46,668 nucleotides of DNA from assembly GCA_945872195.1 (NCBI GenBank), contig CAMBZO010000001.1:1-46668 (forward strand), written 5' to 3'. A program made the translations under genes and the position numbers. Shown here piece after piece: positions 26,430 through 33,423 of the stretch. Numbering within the stretch: the stretch's first letter is position 1; each line of letters begins with the position of its first letter. A model generated the notes under the pieces. That model was not told the DNA's origin and searched no databases. It saw only the letters and a list, made by a program, of their open reading frames with translations. The stretch comes from Akkermansia muciniphila. GTDB taxonomy: Bacteria > Verrucomicrobiota > Verrucomicrobiia > Limisphaerales > SXTU01.

Positions 26430-27767
26430 ATGACATCGACTGAAACCAACTCCACTGTGGCTCCGGTCAGGAAGCAGCTCACCATCAAAGTCTTTGGCGT
26501 CGGCGGCTGCGGCGGCAACGTCGTGTCGCAGATTCACCGGATGGGCTTTGGTGGGGTGCAGATGATTGTGCTGAACACGGATTCGCAGGCCCTCGCGCAG
26601 TGCCCGCTGCCCTACAAGTTCAATCTCGGCCTCACCTTGAACGGCGGTCTCGGCGCGGGAGGCGACCCGGAGCGCGGTCGCGCGGCGGCGCAGGAGGACG
26701 AGGCGCGGTTGCGCGAGCTTTGCACCGGGGCGGACATGGTCTTCATCTGCGCGGGACTGGGCGGCGGCACCGGCACGGGAGCGGGTCCGGTGCTGGCGCG
26801 CGTGGCGAAGGAGTGCGGCGCGCTGGCGCTGGCGTTCGTCACGCTGCCGTTCGACTGCGAGGGGGCGAGGCGGATGCGGCAGGCGCGGCTTGGCTTGGAA
26901 GAATTCAAGGCCGCTGCCGACGGCGTCATCTGCCTGCCGAACCAAAAAGTCTTCAAGCTGATTGACGAGAACACCAGCGTCATCGAGACCTTCACTACGA
27001 CGAACGAGCTGCTGGCGCAGGGCGTGCGCGGCATCTGGCAGCTTGTGACGCGGCCGGGCTTCATCAATCTCGATTTCGCCGACCTCTGCGCGGTGGTGCG
27101 CGACCGGCATTCCGAGAGTTCCTTCGCCAACGCCGAGGCGGTGGGGCCGCACCGTGCGAAGGAAGTGGTGGAGAAGCTGTTTGCCAACCCGCTGCTCGAC
27201 GGCGGCGCTGCGCTGGGCGAGGCCGACGCGCTGCTCGTGAGCCTCATGGGCGGCCCGAGCCTCACCATGGCCGAGGTCAATCGCGTGATGGATCAGATCA
27301 ACCGGCAGTGCGAGAACGCGCACCTCATTATGGGCGCGGCGATCGAGGAAGCGCTGGGAGACCGGCTGACGGTGACGCTCGTCGCGTCCCGCCGGCCTTC
27401 GCACGCCGCTGACTTGCCGCAAGCTGCGGACGTGGAGAAGGCGGAGCCAGCACCGGCCGCGCGTGGCGGTTCCGACTTCGACACCCTCGGCTCCGCCATG
27501 GTGGCGAAGCCCGTTGCCCGCCGCGCCGCCGCCTCGCCTGCGCTGGAGAAAGTCGCCGTGGCCGTGGCTGAATCCGATGCGGTCGGGGCGGCTCCTGTCG
27601 TCGCGACGCGGACATGGCGGTCCCGCAAGAAGGCCAAGGCCGTGCATCCCGAGCTGGGCTTGGAGACGGTGACGACCGGTCCCTTCCAGCACAGCGAGCC
27701 CACGCGCCACAACGGAGTGAACCTCGACGTGCCGACGTTCGTGCGGCGTGGGATGCCGATGAATTAG
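26430..27767 (+). CDS. ftsZ: cell division GTPase FtsZ
   Basis: Carries VFGVGGCGGN and the tubulin signature GLGGGTGTGAGP, followed by a long Ala/Pro linker and the conserved C-terminal peptide DVPTFVRRG. Confidence 0.95.
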   Translation: MTSTETNSTVAPVRKQLTIKVFGVGGCGGNVVSQIHRMGFGGVQMIVLNTDSQALAQCPLPYKFNLGLTLNGGLGAGGDPERGRAAAQEDEARLRELCTGADMVFICAGLGGGTGTGAGPVLARVAKECGALALAFVTLPFDCEGARRMRQARLGLEEFKAAADGVICLPNQKVFKLIDENTSVIETFTTTNELLAQGVRGIWQLVTRPGFINLDFADLCAVVRDRHSESSFANAEAVGPHRAKEVVEKLFANPLLDGGAALGEADALLVSLMGGPSLTMAEVNRVMDQINRQCENAHLIMGAAIEEALGDRLTVTLVASRRPSHAADLPQAADVEKAEPAPAARGGSDFDTLGSAMVAKPVARRAAASPALEKVAVAVAESDAVGAAPVVATRTWRSRKKAKAVHPELGLETVTTGPFQHSEPTRHNGVNLDVPTFVRRGMPMN

Positions 27768-27792
27768 GAGGTGGCTGGCGACCACTTCCCGG

Positions 27793-29058
27793 CTACTCAA
27801 CGCGCAAGATGCGGTAGAAGCGGGCTGCGGCAGCGGGCGAGGAGTCTGTCTGCGAGGCGGACCGTTCGGTGGTGGTGATGACAGAAGTGAGGTTTTGCCA
27901 AGAGGAGATTATGGTGTCCTTGAACTGCACTTGGTAGGCGAGGCCGATGACTGCCTCCCATGAGATGACGCGGGCGCCGCCGCTCGGCGCGACACCGACG
28001 GCGAAAGGCGCGAGCAGCTCCCGCACGGTCTGGTTGTAGGTGTCCGCGACGACGAGGTGTCCGCGCGCAGCGATGGCGAGGCCATAGGGATTGAAGAAGC
28101 GGGCGAGCCCGTTCGCGCCGTCCGCCCCGCCTTCCCCCCCCACGAGACCAGCGATAGTGCTGACGCGCCCGTCCGGCGCGAGGCGGCGGATGGTGTGGTG
28201 CGCGGCGTCGGCGATGTAGAGGGTGCCGTTCGGGGCGAGCGCGAGTTCGGCGGGTTTGCCGAAGCGGGCGGATGCGGCCGGGCCGTCGGCAGAACCGTCT
28301 TGGCCAGCGACTCCGGCAAGGGTGGTGACGACGCCGGCGGCGGTCACGCGGCGGAGGGTGAAGTTGTTGGCGTCCGAGACGAAGAGCGAACCGTCCGGCG
28401 CGAGCGCGAGGCCGACAGGGTTGTTAAAAAAGGCGTTCGTCCCGGTGCCGTCGGCGGAACCGAACGTCTCCGGGTTGCCCGCGAGAACAGACACGGTCCC
28501 GTTCGTGGCGATGACGCGAATGAGATGATTGCCGCTGTCAGCGACAAAGACCGTGCCGTCGGCGGCAACGGCGAGGCCGAGCGGTTGGTTGAAACGCGCG
28601 GCGGAGGTGGAGCCGTCGGCGTAGTCGGCGTTGCCAGCGAAACCGGCGAGGGTGGTGACGCCGCCGTTCGCGGTGACTCGGCGAACGGTGTGGTTGCCGG
28701 TGTCGGAGACGTAGATCGCGCCGTCGGGGCCGAGCGCGAGGCCGGTGGGGCTATCGAAGCGCGCGATGGTCCTGGAGCCGTCCGCAGAGCCGGGCGTGCC
28801 GGGCAACCCGGCGAGCGTGGTCACGACGCCGTTCGTGGCGATGCGGCGGATGGCGTGGTTTTGGTTGTCCGCTACGAAGATGGTGCCGTCAGCGGCGATG
28901 GCGATGCCGGCAGGGTCTTTGAAGCGGGCGGTGATGTTAGTGCCGTCGGCGGAGCCGGGAGTTTCCGGCAGGCCGGCCAGCGTGCGGACGGAGTCTTGGG
29001 CTTGGAGGGACCCGACAAGGCAGGCGAGCAGAATCAAGAGCACGGGCAGGCAATCCAT
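27793..29058 (-). CDS. secreted NHL-repeat beta-propeller protein
   Basis: A signal peptide (MDCLPVLLILLACLVGSLQA) is followed by about six repeats of the form GSADG..ARF..P.G.A...DG..(F/Y)V(A/S)D..NH.IRR. Start moved from 29217 to the ATG at 29058. Confidence 0.85.
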   Translation of the reverse strand: MDCLPVLLILLACLVGSLQAQDSVRTLAGLPETPGSADGTNITARFKDPAGIAIAADGTIFVADNQNHAIRRIATNGVVTTLAGLPGTPGSADGSRTIARFDSPTGLALGPDGAIYVSDTGNHTVRRVTANGGVTTLAGFAGNADYADGSTSAARFNQPLGLAVAADGTVFVADSGNHLIRVIATNGTVSVLAGNPETFGSADGTGTNAFFNNPVGLALAPDGSLFVSDANNFTLRRVTAAGVVTTLAGVAGQDGSADGPAASARFGKPAELALAPNGTLYIADAAHHTIRRLAPDGRVSTIAGLVGGEGGADGANGLARFFNPYGLAIAARGHLVVADTYNQTVRELLAPFAVGVAPSGGARVISWEAVIGLAYQVQFKDTIISSWQNLTSVITTTERSASQTDSSPAAAARFYRILRVE

Positions 29059-29065
29059 GGGTGGC

Positions 29066-29190
29066 ACCCGCGTCCCGCGGGTCGTTTTCTGCGTCGCGCA
29101 GAAAACACGGGCGGCGGAGTCCGAGCGCGCTAGGATGCTCGCACGCCGAGAATTCGGCGAGACGCCGAATTCGACCCGCCGGAGGCGGGT
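29066..29190 (-). promoter_or_regulatory. array of four perfect triloop hairpins in the cytochrome-NHL spacer
   Basis: The four are 29066-29082 (acccgcg tcc cgcgggt), 29084-29106 (gttttctgcg tcg cgcagaaaac), 29150-29172 (gaattcggcg aga cgccgaattc) and 29174-29190 (acccgcc gga ggcgggt). Confidence 0.6.
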
Positions 29191-29237
29191 GCTACCCAGT
29201 TGTGCCGTCGTGCTCACGCGCTTGGTTCTCGTCTGGT

Positions 29238-32200
29238 TCAGTTGCCGCGGCGGACGAGGCGGTCGTTGCTCGGGCGCGCAGGTTGCGCTTCTGGTTCGGC
29301 CTTGAAGGCGCTCGGCTGCTTTAGTTTCGCACCGGAGGCGGTTTGCAGTTCACCGTTCTTCACCGCGACTTCCTCGACCTTGTAGAGCGGGCCGGTGCGT
29401 TTGGATTTTAAGTCGCTGGGCGTGGGACCGGCGAAGTGGCGGAAGAACTTCTCCATCTCGTCCATCGTGAAGGGACGCGAGCCGCGGCGGCCGAAGACGA
29501 CGGTCTGGTTGCCGGTCTCGTCCACCACGCGGTCGCGGTCGAGGCCGCGCGAGACAGCGACGGCGGGGCCGTGCGTGGGGTAGGTGGCGATGAGCTTCGG
29601 GCTGGGCGCGGGGCTGAAGCCCATGTGCGTGGGAACGTTCTCGGGCGAAATCATCTGAAGCACGCGCAGGCCGTTCTTGCCGTCGGCGACCAGCGCGAAC
29701 ATCGAGGCGTTCACGGAGCCGATTTGGACGGAGCGCGTATCGTTGAGTTTGCCGTCGGCGTTGAACATGCGTTCGAGGCGCGGCTTCTCGGGGTTGCTGA
29801 TGTCAATGAACGCGAGGCCCTCCGCGCCGTTCGCGACGTAGGCGAACGTGCGCGCGTGGTAGAAGCGCTGGGCGTTCTTGAGGGGCACGGTCGCGCCGGG
29901 GATGAGGCGGGGCTTCGTCGGGTCGGAGATGTCCACGACCTTGAAGCCGTCGTCGTCGGTCACGTAAGCGTAGCGGAACTGCACGCTGACGGCGCGCGGG
30001 TTCTTGAACTCGCCGTTGCTCAACTCGGCCACGAGCTTCGGCGCTTCGAGCTTGTCGTTGTGCAAGCCGAGGACGAAGAGACCTTTCTTCGCGACGACGA
30101 ACAGGTTTGTGCCGGCCATGAAAGAGTGCATCGCGCCGGCGAGCTTGCCGTCGGGGTTGAAGCGGATGGTCTTGAGGTCTTTGTCGAGGAAGTTGTTGTT
30201 CGGGTTGCCGTCCACGAGCGTCGCGACGGTCGTCATCACGAGGCCCTCCTCGCGGTCGGTGATGAAGGCCCATGCGTAGATGAGGCTGATGGGCTGCTCC
30301 TCGTTTTCCGGTAGGCGCTGGCGCGTCGGGTCAATGCCCAACGTGCTCGGCAGCGTGACGCTGGTAGCATACTTGGTGCGGATGTAAGTGCGCTGGCCCA
30401 GCGGCGAAACGGGCGCGGTGACGATGCGCTCGCTAAAACCTTTCTGGTCGATGTTCGCGACGTCGAAGACCTCGAAGCCGTCCGCGCCGTTCGCGGTGTA
30501 GAGGTATTCGCCACGCAGCGTAAGGTCCAAAATCTCCTTCGCGTGGTGGTGATGGGCGAGGTCGTTGCCGTCCTGCTTCTCGGGCAAGACGCCTTTGTTC
30601 GCCTCGACGTGGCGTTTGAAATTGTCCGGGTAAGCGAGGCGATGAAGGTGGCTGCCGATGGCGGCCTGCGGCTCTTCCTGCTCCGTCCAAACGACGCCGT
30701 AGAGGCCGTCCTTGCCCGCGCCGACCCAAGCGTAGCGACCGAAGAAGTTAACCGTGCCCGTGCCGAAGCCGAGCAGGGAAGTCATCCACGCGTTGTTGCT
30801 GTTGTCGGCGGCGAGGTGGCAGTCGGTGCAGCCCTTCGTCGTGCCGACGCCGCTGGTCGTGTGTGGGAAGTGCGGGTTGTAAGCCTGGCCGCTGTAGCCC
30901 TCGGCGCTCACGGTCTGCTGCTGCGAATAGACCCACTCGCGGTTGCTGTTCTGCGACCCGACGATGACCGCGCTGGAGGAACGCAGCACAGCGACGCGGT
31001 TGCTCTTGTAGCTCGCGTCCACGCCGAGTTGGAAGACGTCGTCGCGGACGACCTGCGGGTTGTAGCCGGTGAAGTTGCGCGTGGTCATGCCCTCGAACTT
31101 GTTCAGCGGCACGCGCTGGTTCGCGCGCATCGGCAGGTGGCAGCCGAAGCAGCTCGTCGCCCACGACGAGTGGCAAACTTGGCAGGTGAGGTTCGAGTTG
31201 TCGTGCGCGAGAGCCTGCGCGCACTTCGCGGCCTCCGGCACGTCGCCCCAAGTCTGGCCGTCGCGGCGCAGTGTCTTCGCGTAGCGGGCCTTCGCGTTGT
31301 AGCGGGAATGCTGCGGGTCAATCGTGTCCAGCGTCTGCGGGATTTCCCAGCGCACGTCCGGCGAGAGGTTGCTGCGCTGGAAGAGCCGCTTGCCTTCCCA
31401 CACAAAGCGCGGGCCCCAAGGTGTGCTGCTGGCGGCGATGTTCACGCCCTTGCCGCCGTTGCTGAAGCGCCCGCCGTTGCCGCTCGTGACGAGCGACGGG
31501 CGCGCGTTTACCGTGCCGTGGCAGTCGATGCACTCGACCGAAGTCGCGGCTCGCGGTTCGCCGTAGAGATTGCCGTCGCCGTGCGAGTCGGTGAGGAAAT
31601 GGCAGTCGGCGCAGTGCATGCCCTTCGCGAGGTGAATGTCCTTCAAGTGAACCGCCTTCTCGAACTTGTGCGCGTCGTCGTGCGGAATCTTCTGGTCGTC
31701 GAGCGTGAGCAGGTTGCCGGACTTGTCTTTCTTGAACACCGCGCGGAAGACCCAGCCGTGGCCGTGGTAGTCGGCGAACTGCGTGTGCTTCATGCGCGGG
31801 TTCAGCTCGGCGACCTTCTCGAGGAAGTCGAGGTCGCCCCACAAACCGCGCGCGGCGGCGGCCTCGGGATTCTTCGCGATGGCGTGCGTGAGCTGCTCCT
31901 CGGTGGGGTTGCGCTGCTTCTGAAATTCCTCCGGCTTGCGGTTGCCGAGGAAGTGCTTGTCGTTCGCGAGCGGGTTGCCGGGGTGCGGATACATGAGCTC
32001 GCCGTCGCTCTCCTGGTCCCACCACGTGTAGCCCAGGAACGGGTTCACGAAGAGGTTCCCTTGGTGCATGTGGCAGTTCATGCACTGGCTCGACGGGATG
32101 CTGCGGGTGAACTCGTGCTTGATGGGATGGCCGCGCTCGTCCTTGCGAATCGCGGAGTCGCCAGTGAAGGAAAGGCCCTGATGGCCATACTTGGAATACC

Positions 32201-33419
32201 AGCCGGAGTTCACGGGCGAGCGGTCGTTTGCGTAGATCACATGGCAGGCGGTGCAGCCGGAGGAGCGGTAGTCGCCGGGATGATTGTTGCTGCCCATGAA
32301 GTCGAGCAACGGGTCGTGCAGGCGCGTCTTCTGCAAGTTGAGATAGACCGGGTCAATGCGGTTCAAGGTGCCGAGGCCGCGCTCGCTGAGGCGGCGGAGC
32401 GGCTTGCCAGGCGGTTCGACGGCGTTCGGGATGCCGAGCTGGTTCTGCTTCTCGCCGCCCTTCTCGAAGATGCGAAGGATGTTGCTCGGCTGGCCGATGG
32501 CGAAGCGCGGGAGCGGGTCGAGGTAGGGCAAGACGCCGTAACGCTTCGTGTCCTCGGGCGTGACGGGCGTGGGGTTCACGAGGCGAACGGCGGTGCCGTC
32601 GGCGGCGTGGGCTTGGCCGTAGAGCGGGTTCTTCTGCGGGATGGCGCCGTTGTTGTAGAGCGCCGCGCCCCAAAGCATCGCACCGTGGCGCATCATCGAG
32701 TGGCCGACGCTCGCGACCTCCTGCTTGTGGCAGGTGCCGCACGCCTTGTCCGCGACACGCAGGTCGCCGGGGTTCACGAACTGGATGAACTCGGGCGACT
32801 CCTGGTTGAGCAGGATGGTGGAGTTGTTTGGGTTCGCGGAGCCGGGCCACCACTCGGCGTGACGCGGGGCGACGTGGGCCTTGCGCATGAGCAGGCCGGG
32901 CGTGGCGTTGCCGCCGTGGCAATCCGTGCAGCCCAGCACTACGTTGGGCGACTTGTGCATCGTGTGCTCGTCGGTGCCGCCGTGGCATTCGAGGCAGCCG
33001 CGTGACTTGCGCGACGCGTCTTCGCGGGATTGGTCAATCAGGTTCGGGGCCGGGAGCTGGCGGGCGGTGTCGCGCGGCAAATCGATTGGGACAGAAATCG
33101 CGGGGCCGAAAGCCGGCGAAGCTCCAAGGTCCAAGCTCCAAATCCCAAAGAAGCTCCAAGCTCCAAGCACCAAGGCAAGGGCGCGCGCTGCCGTAGCGTC
33201 CGACAGCACGCCTTCTCCCTTCCTCGGAAGAGGGGAAAAGGTGGCCGCAGGCCGGATGAGGGGTGGGGCCACCAACGCTGACGCACACAACCCCTCACCC
33301 CGGCCCTCTCCCCTCATCCGATGAAGGGAGAGGGAGTCGAAGTGCGCCGGCGCAACGACGGCTCCGATGGCGCTTGGCCATTGGAGCTTTTTTTGGAGCT
33401 TGGAGCTTGGAGTTTTCAT
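29238..33419 (-). CDS. decaheme c-type cytochrome fused to a C-terminal LVIVD-type beta-propeller (start uncertain: ATG 33419 or GTG 33209)
   Basis: Ten CXXCH motifs are present: CLECH, CTDCH, CGTCH, CTACH, CMNCH, CADCH, CIDCH, CQVCH, CFGCH, CTDCH. The C-terminus has repeats such as LYTANGADGFEVFDV, AYVTDDDGFKVVDISDP, AYVANGAEGLAFIDISNP and ALVADGKNGLRVLQM. The first 70-100 codons are translated repeat elements. Confidence 0.85.
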   Translation of the reverse strand: MKTPSSKLQKKLQWPSAIGAVVAPAHFDSLSLHRMRGEGRGEGLCASALVAPPLIRPAATFSPLPRKGEGVLSDATAARALALVLGAWSFFGIWSLDLGASPAFGPAISVPIDLPRDTARQLPAPNLIDQSREDASRKSRGCLECHGGTDEHTMHKSPNVVLGCTDCHGGNATPGLLMRKAHVAPRHAEWWPGSANPNNSTILLNQESPEFIQFVNPGDLRVADKACGTCHKQEVASVGHSMMRHGAMLWGAALYNNGAIPQKNPLYGQAHAADGTAVRLVNPTPVTPEDTKRYGVLPYLDPLPRFAIGQPSNILRIFEKGGEKQNQLGIPNAVEPPGKPLRRLSERGLGTLNRIDPVYLNLQKTRLHDPLLDFMGSNNHPGDYRSSGCTACHVIYANDRSPVNSGWYSKYGHQGLSFTGDSAIRKDERGHPIKHEFTRSIPSSQCMNCHMHQGNLFVNPFLGYTWWDQESDGELMYPHPGNPLANDKHFLGNRKPEEFQKQRNPTEEQLTHAIAKNPEAAAARGLWGDLDFLEKVAELNPRMKHTQFADYHGHGWVFRAVFKKDKSGNLLTLDDQKIPHDDAHKFEKAVHLKDIHLAKGMHCADCHFLTDSHGDGNLYGEPRAATSVECIDCHGTVNARPSLVTSGNGGRFSNGGKGVNIAASSTPWGPRFVWEGKRLFQRSNLSPDVRWEIPQTLDTIDPQHSRYNAKARYAKTLRRDGQTWGDVPEAAKCAQALAHDNSNLTCQVCHSSWATSCFGCHLPMRANQRVPLNKFEGMTTRNFTGYNPQVVRDDVFQLGVDASYKSNRVAVLRSSSAVIVGSQNSNREWVYSQQQTVSAEGYSGQAYNPHFPHTTSGVGTTKGCTDCHLAADNSNNAWMTSLLGFGTGTVNFFGRYAWVGAGKDGLYGVVWTEQEEPQAAIGSHLHRLAYPDNFKRHVEANKGVLPEKQDGNDLAHHHHAKEILDLTLRGEYLYTANGADGFEVFDVANIDQKGFSERIVTAPVSPLGQRTYIRTKYATSVTLPSTLGIDPTRQRLPENEEQPISLIYAWAFITDREEGLVMTTVATLVDGNPNNNFLDKDLKTIRFNPDGKLAGAMHSFMAGTNLFVVAKKGLFVLGLHNDKLEAPKLVAELSNGEFKNPRAVSVQFRYAYVTDDDGFKVVDISDPTKPRLIPGATVPLKNAQRFYHARTFAYVANGAEGLAFIDISNPEKPRLERMFNADGKLNDTRSVQIGSVNASMFALVADGKNGLRVLQMISPENVPTHMGFSPAPSPKLIATYPTHGPAVAVSRGLDRDRVVDETGNQTVVFGRRGSRPFTMDEMEKFFRHFAGPTPSDLKSKRTGPLYKVEEVAVKNGELQTASGAKLKQPSAFKAEPEAQPARPSNDRLVRRGN
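33119..33413. repeat. composite palindromic repeat element at the barrel-cytochrome junction
   Basis: A CTCCAAG-type tandem block (33119-33177) and its inverted counterpart (33374-33413) flank a nested palindrome (33212-33333). Within the palindrome, CGGATGAGGGG (33253-63) pairs with CCCCTCATCCG (33310-20). Confidence 0.75.
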
Positions 33420-33423
33420 GTCC

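Noticed and set aside
27768-27792. A possible bidirectional terminator in the 25-bp gap between the convergent ftsZ and NHL genes.
   Set aside because: Only an imperfect stem of about 6 bp (AGGTGG/CCACTT) is present, with no U-tracts.
33119-33413. Whether the CTCCAAG and GTTGAAAG repeat blocks could be a CRISPR array.
   Set aside because: The repeat units are 6-14 bp and directly tandem or inverted, with no spacers of 25-40 bp. No cas genes are present in the window.
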